Notes under the pieces: generated by a model
Databases searched by the model: none
What the model was told of the DNA's origin: nothing
The model's input: only the letters and a program-made list of their open reading frames with translations
Made by a program: the position numbers and the translations under genes
DNA from: Candidatus Gastranaerophilales bacterium
GTDB taxonomy: Bacteria; Cyanobacteriota; Vampirovibrionia; Gastranaerophilales; Gastranaerophilaceae
Reading direction: 5' to 3'
Assembly: GCA_947625495.1 (NCBI GenBank)
Contig: CANQOQ010000002.1
Coordinates: forward strand, 122,306 to 186,305
DNA: 64,000 bases
Shown here: positions 32,356 through 41,726 of the stretch, piece by piece
Layout of the letters: each line of letters opens with the position of its first letter
Position numbering within the stretch: position 1 is the first letter of the stretch

Positions 32356-33867
32356 ATGGAAAGACAGCCCTTCTTTTATGATATAACGCTTAGAGACGGC
32401 AACCAATCTCTTAAAAAGCCTTGGAACACCTTTGAAAAGGAAATCATATTCAATAATCTGATAGAACTTGGAGCTCAAGGTATAGAAGTAGGTTTTGCTG
32501 CGGCATCCGATATGGATTTTGAAGCCTGCTCAAGATTAGCTTCAATTGCGCCTGATAATACAGTTATTTCTGCCCTTGCAAGAACGGTTAAAAATGATAT
32601 TTTAAAGGCTTTTGAATCAATAAGAAACGCAAAGAAAAAGAGGATTCACACTTTTATAGCTATGAGCCCTTTTAATATGCGATATGTATTGAATAAATCA
32701 CCTGAAGAAGTTAAAAAGACGGCAATTGAAGCTGTTGGATATGCAAAAAGCCTTGTAGGAAATGGCGGAGAGGTACAATTCTCGGTTGAACACTTCGGCG
32801 ATTGCTGTGAAAATATAGATTTTGTTATAGATTCACTTAAAGAGATTGTAAAAGCAGGTGCAAGCGTTATTAATTTACCTAATACGGTAGAAAGAACCTG
32901 CCCTTCAAGATTTGTTAATCTTGTTGAAAAGGTTTATAATGCGCTTCCGAAGGATATAATAATTTCGGTTCACAACCATAATGACCTTGGAATGGCAACA
33001 GCCACAACGGTTGAAAGTTATTTTAAAGGTGCTGTACAGCTTGAATGTGCATTAAACGGGCTTGGAGAAAGAGCGGGAAATACAAATATGTATGAAGTTG
33101 CAGTTGCTCTCCATAATCTCGGCGTGGATGTACCTTTAAATTTATCTAAAATATACGAACTTGCACTTGTAATATCCGATATGTCGGATGTAAAAATATA
33201 TGAAAAAGCGCCTTTAATAGGGCCTGAAGCACTATCACACAGAAGCGGCATACACCAAGACGGTGCCGTAAAAACCAAAGATATGGAAAAAGGTGCATAT
33301 AGACCTATTCATCCGTCTTTAATAGGCAGAAAAGATGATGAAAAACTCGGATTTACTTCGCAATCGGGTAAAACCGCCATATTTGAAATTATTACGGAGG
33401 CAGGTTATCCTATTACACTTTCCGAGGCGCAAAGAATTGTTCCCGTTGCCAAGGAAGAAGCCGAAAAAATCGGAGAACTTACAACACGCAATATTATTGA
33501 TATCTACTACAATAATGTTCTTAATGTTAAAGGTGCATTCAGGTTATGCAATCTTGAAAAACTTGAAGACGAAAAAATTAAACTCAGATTTATGTATAAA
33601 GATAAAGAATACAATATTGAAGTATCTGGTAACGGGCCTGTTGATGCTTGTATTAAAGCTGTTCAAAAGGCAGGATTCGATTGTGAGTTCTTAAATTATG
33701 AACAAAAAGCTTTGAATATGGGTTCTGACGCAAGTGCTATGACTATTATGCAGTTTAAAGCACCGAACGGACAGACCGTTATTTCCAGAGGTTGTGATGA
33801 AAGTACCGTTAAAGCTAATATTAAAGCCATATTTAACGGACTTAACATTATTGAAAATATGAAGTAA
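32356..33867 (+). CDS. leuA: 2-isopropylmalate synthase
   Basis: ATG at 32356 follows aaggagag. DITLRDGNQ, HNHNDLG and a C-terminal LeuA dimer/regulatory domain. Confidence 0.92.
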   Translation: MERQPFFYDITLRDGNQSLKKPWNTFEKEIIFNNLIELGAQGIEVGFAAASDMDFEACSRLASIAPDNTVISALARTVKNDILKAFESIRNAKKKRIHTFIAMSPFNMRYVLNKSPEEVKKTAIEAVGYAKSLVGNGGEVQFSVEHFGDCCENIDFVIDSLKEIVKAGASVINLPNTVERTCPSRFVNLVEKVYNALPKDIIISVHNHNDLGMATATTVESYFKGAVQLECALNGLGERAGNTNMYEVAVALHNLGVDVPLNLSKIYELALVISDMSDVKIYEKAPLIGPEALSHRSGIHQDGAVKTKDMEKGAYRPIHPSLIGRKDDEKLGFTSQSGKTAIFEIITEAGYPITLSEAQRIVPVAKEEAEKIGELTTRNIIDIYYNNVLNVKGAFRLCNLEKLEDEKIKLRFMYKDKEYNIEVSGNGPVDACIKAVQKAGFDCEFLNYEQKALNMGSDASAMTIMQFKAPNGQTVISRGCDESTVKANIKAIFNGLNIIENMK

Positions 33868-33870
33868 TTT

Positions 33871-35913
33871 ATGAAAAAATTATTTAAAATATTATTAATA
33901 TTATGTTTATTTTTAAATTACACCCTTCCCGTATCGGCATTTTCATCAGGGTTTATTCTGCACGAGAAAATTATTGATGAGATTCAAACCGAAAATGTTG
34001 TTTCAAAAGATGTTGAAAAAAGGCTAAAATCTTCAATTGCAAAGGTATATGGCGAAAATCAAAAAGACGAAATATATATAAATATATTAAAAATAATAAA
34101 AGAAACAAGATTAAAACGCAGTGATTCTTTAAAAAGAGAAGACTTAAAACGCAGTGATGACTGGTATAAAGATGAAATTATATATATGTTTTATGTTGAC
34201 CAGTTTGGCGTCGGCAGTGATAATCTGCCTAATACATTCAGAAAAACTGCCCAAATGCTTCCTTATTTAAAAGATTTAGGTGTAACAACAATTTATATGC
34301 TGCCTTTCGTGGATTCACCAATGGGAGATGCGGGATTTGACGTGAGAAACCCTAGAGATGTCCGTAAAGACTTAGGCGGTATGAGCGAATTTAAATACTT
34401 TATTCGTGAAGCAAAAAATCATGGGCTGAAAATAAAATCAGACTTAGTGCTGAATCACTTTTCCGATAGTCATGAATGGTTTAATGAGATAAAGAACGGT
34501 AATTTGGATAAGTTGGATTACTTCCTTGTAACGGATAAGGAACCCGAAAAAACGATATATAAAGATGAAAAACTCGGGTATATCGCTGAATATAAACACG
34601 ACAGCGGAAAAATCTCAAAAAGAAGGCTTATATTCCCCGAAATAACGGATTCTCATTACCGAAAAGAAACAATAAACGGCAAAGACTACTATTTTTACCA
34701 TACTTTTTATCCGTTTCAACTTGATATCAACTGGGAAAATCCGAAAGTATTGTATTACAATTTGGAAACAATAGCGTTTTGGGCAAATATAGGAATTGAT
34801 ATATTCAGAATGGATGCTATACCGTACCTTATAAAAGAAGAAGGCACCAACGGTGAAAACAGTCCTAAAACACATGAAATAATAAAGATTTTAAGTACGT
34901 TTTTGCAGGAAATTGCGCCTCGTTCCGTTATTCAATCCGAGGCATGCCAGCCTCCTAAAAAGATAGTTCCTTATTTTGGCAGTGAAAAACAGGTGGAACT
35001 AAATATATCGGGAGAAAATAAGCATTTATTAAGAACAAATGAAGTTCAAATAGCTTACCATTTTCCTTACATGCCTGCAATATGGGCTTCTTTGGTATCG
35101 GGTAACAGTTCATATTTCTGGCAGATACATAAAAAAACTCCTCAAATACCTGCTTCAAGCGAATGGGCAGTATTCTTAAGGGTGCATGATGAACTTACGC
35201 TTGAAATGGTAAATAATCAAATTCGTGAACTTATATATGACGGTTTGGCGGATAAGGGTGCAGAGTTTAGAAAAGGCTACGGCGTAAGCGGCAGAATGGC
35301 TGATTTCTTGGATAATGACCCTGAACGTATTAATATGGCATTTTCAATTCTTCTTTCTTTAAAAGGGATTCCCGTAATATATTACGGTGACGAAATAGGA
35401 AGCCGTAATAACTATTCTTTTGCCCAAAGAAGGGCTAAATACAGAGAAAGAAAAAATAAAACAAAAAACGGCGAAAAAACAGAAATGCTGTCTTATTTTG
35501 ACAGCAGAGACATTCATAGAGGTGCAATTAAAAAATCTGCTTTTTATAGAGCTATGAATAATTCCAATAACTTTAATTCAAGAATTTATAAAAAAGTTAA
35601 AAGATTAATTCAGGTAAGAAAAGCCTATCCTACACTGTCTAGAGGTGATTTTAGCGAGGTCAAATCAAGTAAAAAAGAGGTTTTATCTTATTTAAGAAAA
35701 GGAAAAAATGACAGAATACTTATAATTAATAATCTTTCCGATGACAGAATTTATACGGAGCTTGAATCTTCTGACTTTAATTTCGATAAGTTATCGGGTG
35801 AAATTGAAATGAAAGAATTAATTTCGATGAAAAATAAAGTCTTAAAAATTGATAATAAAAAATTAATAGTAAGATTAAGACCTTATGAGTCTTTGTGGTT
35901 AAGTTTTCCTTAA
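33871..35913 (+). CDS. GH13 alpha-amylase family enzyme (TreS/amylosucrase-like) with signal peptide
   Basis: DWYKDEIIY, DLVLNHFSD, FRMDAIPYL and RVHDELTLEMV catalytic-region motifs. Confidence 0.85.
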   Translation: MKKLFKILLILCLFLNYTLPVSAFSSGFILHEKIIDEIQTENVVSKDVEKRLKSSIAKVYGENQKDEIYINILKIIKETRLKRSDSLKREDLKRSDDWYKDEIIYMFYVDQFGVGSDNLPNTFRKTAQMLPYLKDLGVTTIYMLPFVDSPMGDAGFDVRNPRDVRKDLGGMSEFKYFIREAKNHGLKIKSDLVLNHFSDSHEWFNEIKNGNLDKLDYFLVTDKEPEKTIYKDEKLGYIAEYKHDSGKISKRRLIFPEITDSHYRKETINGKDYYFYHTFYPFQLDINWENPKVLYYNLETIAFWANIGIDIFRMDAIPYLIKEEGTNGENSPKTHEIIKILSTFLQEIAPRSVIQSEACQPPKKIVPYFGSEKQVELNISGENKHLLRTNEVQIAYHFPYMPAIWASLVSGNSSYFWQIHKKTPQIPASSEWAVFLRVHDELTLEMVNNQIRELIYDGLADKGAEFRKGYGVSGRMADFLDNDPERINMAFSILLSLKGIPVIYYGDEIGSRNNYSFAQRRAKYRERKNKTKNGEKTEMLSYFDSRDIHRGAIKKSAFYRAMNNSNNFNSRIYKKVKRLIQVRKAYPTLSRGDFSEVKSSKKEVLSYLRKGKNDRILIINNLSDDRIYTELESSDFNFDKLSGEIEMKELISMKNKVLKIDNKKLIVRLRPYESLWLSFP

Positions 35914-35992
35914 TTAATATTTCTTTATATAAATAAAAAATGCTAAAGAAATAATCCTATGATACCGATATATTCCATGGTATGGAGTATGT

Positions 35993-38020
35993 ATGGCAGA
36001 TTCTGTAAATAATAACGGCATAGATAACGCTTATAAATATAATAATCCCGAAATATCCAAATATGATACAGATAATGACGGAAAAATTTCCGTATTTGAA
36101 GTTGAGCAAATAACTGATGAAAATTCTAAGTCGGAATTGGCTGTTTTGCTTGAAAATGATATGACCGAACAGTATAGTGAAGAAATAACCGAAGAAAAAA
36201 TACAATCACTTGAAAGCAAATTATCGGAGGCAAAAAATAAACAAGGTGTAGTAGGTTCACTTTGGAACGGAATAAAAAATATAACCGGACTCGGTTCAAG
36301 TACAAATAAGTGCGAACAAGCTATCGAGGATTATAAAAACGGAAAAATCAGCTACGATGAAGCAGAAAGTATAATTTCGGGCTTTGACTCCAAACAGGAA
36401 AGTTCTGTAAATCTTGCAGCAAATATATTAACAGGTGTAGCGGCGACTTTAGTAGTTGGTTCTGCGGTATTAACAGGCGGACTGTCACTGGGTGTAATAG
36501 CAGGTGCAGCTGCAGTCGGAGCAGGAACAAAGGCTGGACTTAAATTTTTAGACAGAGCCACAAATAAAGTAGAAGGTGATGCTGCAGATGCCAAACAAAT
36601 AGCTAAAGATTCACTATCAGGTGCCGTGGATGGTGCGGTTTCCGTTGCAACAATGGGAATGGGAACTACTGCTGTTACTGCAAAGACCGCGGTTCAACAA
36701 ACACTAAAAGAAACCGTAAAACAAGGAATAATTTCAGGTGCTAAAGCAGGTGCCGTTTCAGGTGCCGTAACAGGTGCAAGTGACTATACCATTGAAGCCG
36801 TTTTAGAAGAAGATGTTGAATTTAATGCTCAAGATTTAGCTAAAAGTACATTAATGAATGCGGCAGGCGGTGCTATAGCAGGTGGTGCCATGGGCGGAAT
36901 TTCTTCCGGCATTCAATATAAAAAAGCCTTTAAAATAGCTAATGAATTGAAAGATCAAACAAATAAAATGCATGAAACCTATTCATCATATATTGATGAA
37001 GCTCAAGAGCAGATATCAAATGAGTTTTCCGAGCTTACAAGTGTTAAAAATGAAAATATTACCGCAAGAGTTAAAAGTAAAAATTCGGTTTTAAGTAAAT
37101 TGGCAAAAAAATATGATAGCGGCGAACTCAAATCTACGTCAATGGAAGATTGTATAGATGCAATAGGAGATGCATACGGAACAAGAATTCAGATGGAAAA
37201 TCTCCGGCCGAATGAAGCAAAAGAAATTATTGAAGATTGTTTATACGGTTATAATATCACATACGAACAGTTTATAAAGTATATGAATGGTGATACTTCT
37301 ACTCTTGATGATGCTGGTATTAATACTATTAATGAAATAAAAGATACCGTTATTGATTTACTAAAAGAACGCCAATCGCAGGAAGTTGTTGATCAGCTTA
37401 TTGATGCGATAGGTAACGGCAGAATGACTATTACCGAATTAAACAATTACGGTGATAATATTTCTTCTTATTTTACCGCAAAACAATTGCAGGAAATAGC
37501 TGATGCGTACTACATTGCAACAGGAAATAAACTTGAACTCGTTTCATTAGATAATTTCCATAATGCTTCAGGGTCAAAAGTTACCATAGATGATAGTTTT
37601 GATTATACAATAAATTTAGATACAAAAGGTGCAGTAAAAGATTCAGGATATGCGTCATCTCAAATGAATGTTAAACACAAATTCGCTGACGGTACAATAG
37701 GTAACGGCGAACTTCAAATCCGTGGTACCGAAGTAAATAAATTTGCTGATGTGGAGCATATTCCCTATGATATAAAAACAGGTAAGATTAAAGCTTCTGA
37801 TGAAACTTATTCTGATATTTATAAAATTATAGAAAAAATGTCTGATAAAACTTATACAAAATATAATGAATTCCTTACTAAAACATATCAATATTTAAGG
37901 CTAAAAGAGCTTGGGATTGAAACTGCTCCTCCTGTATTTAGTGATAAATCACTTTCTGAAGAAGCACTCAGATTATTAAGCCCCGAAGGTTTATTGGAAA
38001 TAAGTGCAAGAAAACACTGA
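35993..38020 (+). CDS. polymorphic-toxin-like protein: EF-hand loop, Gly/Ala-rich glycine-zipper region, C-terminal RelA/SpoT-like (RSH/toxSAS-like) domain
   Basis: DTDNDGKISVFE (aa 25-36). Gly/Ala-rich helices at aa ~140-310. RVKSKNSVLSKL (359), DAYGTRI (393), GYASSQ (552) and ELQIRGTEVNKFADVEHIPYD (573) occur in the canonical RSH synthetase order. No signal peptide. Confidence 0.7.
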   Translation: MADSVNNNGIDNAYKYNNPEISKYDTDNDGKISVFEVEQITDENSKSELAVLLENDMTEQYSEEITEEKIQSLESKLSEAKNKQGVVGSLWNGIKNITGLGSSTNKCEQAIEDYKNGKISYDEAESIISGFDSKQESSVNLAANILTGVAATLVVGSAVLTGGLSLGVIAGAAAVGAGTKAGLKFLDRATNKVEGDAADAKQIAKDSLSGAVDGAVSVATMGMGTTAVTAKTAVQQTLKETVKQGIISGAKAGAVSGAVTGASDYTIEAVLEEDVEFNAQDLAKSTLMNAAGGAIAGGAMGGISSGIQYKKAFKIANELKDQTNKMHETYSSYIDEAQEQISNEFSELTSVKNENITARVKSKNSVLSKLAKKYDSGELKSTSMEDCIDAIGDAYGTRIQMENLRPNEAKEIIEDCLYGYNITYEQFIKYMNGDTSTLDDAGINTINEIKDTVIDLLKERQSQEVVDQLIDAIGNGRMTITELNNYGDNISSYFTAKQLQEIADAYYIATGNKLELVSLDNFHNASGSKVTIDDSFDYTINLDTKGAVKDSGYASSQMNVKHKFADGTIGNGELQIRGTEVNKFADVEHIPYDIKTGKIKASDETYSDIYKIIEKMSDKTYTKYNEFLTKTYQYLRLKELGIETAPPVFSDKSLSEEALRLLSPEGLLEISARKH

Positions 38021-38048
38021 CAAAAAAAATAGTTATATGTTTTAAATA

Positions 38049-38057
38049 TGTTATAAT
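38049..38057 (+). promoter_or_regulatory. possible extended -10 element (TGtTATAAT) ahead of the 145-aa ORF
   Basis: tgttataat at 38049-38057. Such strings are frequent by chance in AT-rich DNA. Confidence 0.25.
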
Positions 38058-38071
38058 ATAAGGATAAAAAA

Positions 38072-38509
38072 ATGAATATAAATAATAACAATAATCAAAT
38101 AAATACTTCGTTTTCAGGGTTGTTAAAAAAAGATTTAAATAAAATGACAAAAGATGAAAAAATGGATATATTAGTTGAAAAAGCTTCAAACCTTCTGGTA
38201 CAGAGAGCCGAAAGGGAAGTACCCGATAACGGGAAGTTCAGCAGAATTTTTGTTGCTTTTGATATTCCTGATACTCAAAATGAAGCATTAATCAGTTTTG
38301 AACATGATGAAATCGAACCTAAGGATATGAGAAGACTTTCTATTGGCGTTCACAGAGCTAACAGTGACAGAATTACTTCAAAATATATCGTTAAAGGTAC
38401 TAAAAAGGAATTAATTGAATATTTAAAGAAAACTGAATTTAAAAAAGAATTTACGGATACTGTTAATTCGCTTTCTCACTCCGTTGATAACTATTATTCT
38501 TCATTATAA
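38072..38509 (+). CDS. hypothetical cytoplasmic protein, candidate immunity/antitoxin for the RSH-domain protein
   Basis: 145 aa; RBS aagga; no signal peptide; no known motif. Function is inferred from position only. Confidence 0.5.
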   Translation: MNINNNNNQINTSFSGLLKKDLNKMTKDEKMDILVEKASNLLVQRAEREVPDNGKFSRIFVAFDIPDTQNEALISFEHDEIEPKDMRRLSIGVHRANSDRITSKYIVKGTKKELIEYLKKTEFKKEFTDTVNSLSHSVDNYYSSL

Positions 38510-38581
38510 TAAACTATATACTTGTAAAATATCTTTGAAGCAATTACAATAAAGTGAGTTTAGTTTTGAGGATATTTTAAT

Positions 38582-40498
38582 ATGGGAAATTGTGAAGAAC
38601 AAAAAAAATCACATTTTACAAGTTTAGAAGCAAAGTCAATAATAAATGAGGCTTTAAAAGTATTAGGGAAAAAACATCTGGCATTTATAGCACATGCAAA
38701 CAGTTTTCCTGCTGAAACGGGTAAAAATACCGGATTTGGCAGTGTTAATTCAAATGCGGCAAAAAAGTTAATTGATTTTTTATCAGGCGTATTTACCGAT
38801 ATTCAGCTTGGACCTGCAGGAAAAACAAAATCTATTGATGCTTCGCCGTATACGGGTACAATTTTTTCAAATAACCCTTTATTTATAGATTTAGAGCAAC
38901 TGACAACCGATGAATGGTTTAATATTCTGTCGCTTGAAACTTATGACAGAATTGTTGAAAATAATCCGAATAAAAATACAAACAGAACAGCTTATTCATA
39001 TATTTTTGATGCACAGGATGAAGCATTAAAAGAGGCTTTTGAAAACTTTAAAAAAGTTAACTGCCCCGATTTAAAAAATCAGTTTGAAAAGTATAAAGAA
39101 GATAATAAATTCTGGCTTGAAAAAGATTCTTTGTATGAAGCTTTAACAGTTGAACACAACAACGATTATTGGCCTATGTGGAATTCGGAGGTTGATAAAA
39201 ATCTTCTTAATCCTCAAAATGAAGAACAAAAAGCTCAATATACACAAAGAATAAAAGAACTTAAAGAACAGTATAAAGATGTAATAGAGTATTATTCATT
39301 CTGCCAGTTCTTAATTTATGTTCAAAATAATAAATCAAGACAGTATGCCCAGACAAAAGGTATGAAAATGATAGCCGACAGGCAAGTTGCATTTTCAGAC
39401 CGTGATAATTGGGCATATCAGTCATATTTCTTAAAAGGCTGGTACTTGGGATGTCCGCCTGATTATTTCTCGGAAGACGGTCAAATGTGGGGATTCCCCG
39501 TAATGGATCCTGAAAAGCTCTTTAATCAAGACGGCTCACTTGCTGAAGGCGGATTGTTAATGAAAGAGCTTTATAAGAAAATGTTTACCGAAAACCCCGG
39601 CGGTGTAAGAATTGACCACATGGTAGGTTTAATTGACCCTTGGGTTTATGTTGCGGGCAAAAAACCTAAAATAGAAGAAGGTGCGGGCAGATTATATTCA
39701 TCTCCCGAACATCCCGTTTTATCAAGATATGCTATTGCAACTAAAGATGACTTAAATTATGAAGTTGAAGCCGATAAAGAAGAAAGAATACTTAAGTTAA
39801 CCGAAGAACAGGTTAAACGCTACGGTGCGCTTGTCGAAAAAATAGTTATCGGTGCCGCTAAAGAAGTCGGACTTGATAAAGATTCCATTGTTTGCGAGGA
39901 TTTGGGCACTTTGACTTATCCTGTTGTAAGTGTTATGAAAGAATATGACCTTCAAGGTATGAAATTGATTCAGTTTGTTGTACCTGAAAAGCCTGATCAC
40001 CCTTACAGATGTAAAAATATTACTCCGAGAAGCTGGGCTATGGTCGGTACTCACGATAATGAACCTATTGCAATGTGGGCTGACGCTACGGTTAATACGG
40101 AAGCAGGGTATTTAAACGGTAAAAATCTTGCTGAGGACTTATGGCCTGATGCTGATGATGAAGAAAGAGAAGCAATTGCCGTAAGAATTTCTAAAGATGC
40201 TCCTTTCTTAACTCAAACCAAGTTTGTTGAGTTATTTGCCTGCAAGGCTGAAAATATTCAGATTTTCTTTACCGACTTTTTAGGGTTGTATGATGTATAT
40301 AACCGCCCCGGAACTTCAGGTGATAAAAACTGGTCATTAAGAATTCCCGATAACTATGATGAAGTTTATGCAAATAATTTAAGAGAAGGTAAAGCATTAA
40401 ATCTTCCTTTAATCTTAAAGCTTGCCATAGAAGCAAGAGGGCATGAGTTTGCTTCTCAACATCAGGATGTTATCCAAAAACTTGAAAGTATAATATAG
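38582..40498 (+). CDS. malQ: 4-alpha-glucanotransferase (GH77)
   Basis: GSVNS, SPY.G, WGFPV, VRIDHMVGL and VGTHDN motifs; 638 aa. Confidence 0.85.
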   Translation: MGNCEEQKKSHFTSLEAKSIINEALKVLGKKHLAFIAHANSFPAETGKNTGFGSVNSNAAKKLIDFLSGVFTDIQLGPAGKTKSIDASPYTGTIFSNNPLFIDLEQLTTDEWFNILSLETYDRIVENNPNKNTNRTAYSYIFDAQDEALKEAFENFKKVNCPDLKNQFEKYKEDNKFWLEKDSLYEALTVEHNNDYWPMWNSEVDKNLLNPQNEEQKAQYTQRIKELKEQYKDVIEYYSFCQFLIYVQNNKSRQYAQTKGMKMIADRQVAFSDRDNWAYQSYFLKGWYLGCPPDYFSEDGQMWGFPVMDPEKLFNQDGSLAEGGLLMKELYKKMFTENPGGVRIDHMVGLIDPWVYVAGKKPKIEEGAGRLYSSPEHPVLSRYAIATKDDLNYEVEADKEERILKLTEEQVKRYGALVEKIVIGAAKEVGLDKDSIVCEDLGTLTYPVVSVMKEYDLQGMKLIQFVVPEKPDHPYRCKNITPRSWAMVGTHDNEPIAMWADATVNTEAGYLNGKNLAEDLWPDADDEEREAIAVRISKDAPFLTQTKFVELFACKAENIQIFFTDFLGLYDVYNRPGTSGDKNWSLRIPDNYDEVYANNLREGKALNLPLILKLAIEARGHEFASQHQDVIQKLESII

Positions 40499-40506
40499 GA
40501 AATAAA

Positions 40507-40866
40507 ATGCACGAGTTAAAAGTGGAATCTACATTCTCGGCTGCTCACCACCTTTTAAATTATAACGGTGAATGTGAGAATCAGCACGGGCATAACTGGA
40601 AGGTTGAAGCTTATTTCAGAGGTTCAACCCTTGATAAATCAAATCTTCTGATTGATTTTAAAGTCTTAAAAAAAGAACTTAGTTCAATCCTTGATTTACT
40701 TGACCATAAGGATATTAACACTCTTAAAGAGTTTGACGGAGTAAGTCCTTCAAGTGAGATTATCTCAAAATTTATTTATAAAAAATTGAAAGAAAAAATC
40801 CCTCAAACTTTTAAAGTATCGGTATGGGAAACGGAAAAGGCTTGTGCGAGCTATTTTGAGGATTAA
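40507..40866 (+). CDS. queD: 6-carboxy-5,6,7,8-tetrahydropterin synthase
   Basis: FSAAHHL...CENQHGHNW motif; 119 aa. Confidence 0.9.
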   Translation: MHELKVESTFSAAHHLLNYNGECENQHGHNWKVEAYFRGSTLDKSNLLIDFKVLKKELSSILDLLDHKDINTLKEFDGVSPSSEIISKFIYKKLKEKIPQTFKVSVWETEKACASYFED

Positions 40867-40868
40867 AA

Positions 40869-41723
40869 ATGGGTATAATTCAAGCGATAATTATGGGGAT
40901 AGTTCAGGGATTAAGCGAGTTTCTTCCGGTATCAAGCTCTGCTCACCTTGTTATTACTTCTAATCTTTACAAAGTATTAAAAAACATCCCTATCCAAGAG
41001 CAGCAGACTCAGGAAATTTTTCTTGATATTATGCTTCATTTGGGTACTTTAATCGCCGTTTTAATCTTCTTTAGAAAAGACATTATAAGTATTATAAAAG
41101 CTTTTTTATCTGCGATAAAAACAAAAGATTTTTCTAATCAGGATGCTAAACTTTCGCTATATATAATCTTTGGTACGGTAATAACCGTATTAATAGCGTA
41201 TCCTTTAAATACCGTTGCGGAAAAACTTGTTTTTGCTCCATGTATTGTAGGTATTTTATTAATAATAACGGGCTGTTTACTGTTTTTTAGCGAACGATAT
41301 TCCAAGAATCTATCTAAAAAATCAGCTGATATAGATACAAAAACAGCTATATTTATGGCAATAGCACAAGGTATAGCTGCGCTTCCGGGGTTTTCCCGTT
41401 CGGGGCTTACAATTGCCGCAGGGCTTTTAAATAAGCAGCAAAGAGTTACCGCTGCAAGATATTCTTTTCTTTTAAGTATACCAATCATTCTCGGTGCTTC
41501 TATGTTGTACCCTCTTATTAAAATAGATTTAAATGAACTCTATTCATACAATTGGACTTCAATTATAACAGGAACAATAGTTTCCGCTATAGTCGGGTAC
41601 CTTTGTATTAAATACTTTCTTAAATTTGTCGGAAAATATTCACTTGCATTTTTCGGATATTACTGCATAATAATAGGTGTGTTTACTTTTGTGTTTTTTA
41701 ATTTTGCTGCAAAAGGGGTTTAA
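40869..41723 (+). CDS. uppP: undecaprenyl-diphosphate phosphatase
   Basis: GIVQGLSEFLPVSSSAHL and PGFSRSG motifs. Confidence 0.93.
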   Translation: MGIIQAIIMGIVQGLSEFLPVSSSAHLVITSNLYKVLKNIPIQEQQTQEIFLDIMLHLGTLIAVLIFFRKDIISIIKAFLSAIKTKDFSNQDAKLSLYIIFGTVITVLIAYPLNTVAEKLVFAPCIVGILLIITGCLLFFSERYSKNLSKKSADIDTKTAIFMAIAQGIAALPGFSRSGLTIAAGLLNKQQRVTAARYSFLLSIPIILGASMLYPLIKIDLNELYSYNWTSIITGTIVSAIVGYLCIKYFLKFVGKYSLAFFGYYCIIIGVFTFVFFNFAAKGV

Positions 41724-41726
41724 TAA

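Noticed and set aside
35957-36219. Minus-strand ORFs of 82 and 62 aa overlapping the start of the RSH-domain gene.
   Set aside because: They are antisense to a well-supported long ORF and give Phe/Ile-rich low-complexity translations.
37888-38189. Minus-strand ORFs spanning the toxin/immunity intergenic region.
   Set aside because: They are antisense to both plus-strand genes, give Tyr/Phe/Leu-rich low-complexity translations and lack an RBS.
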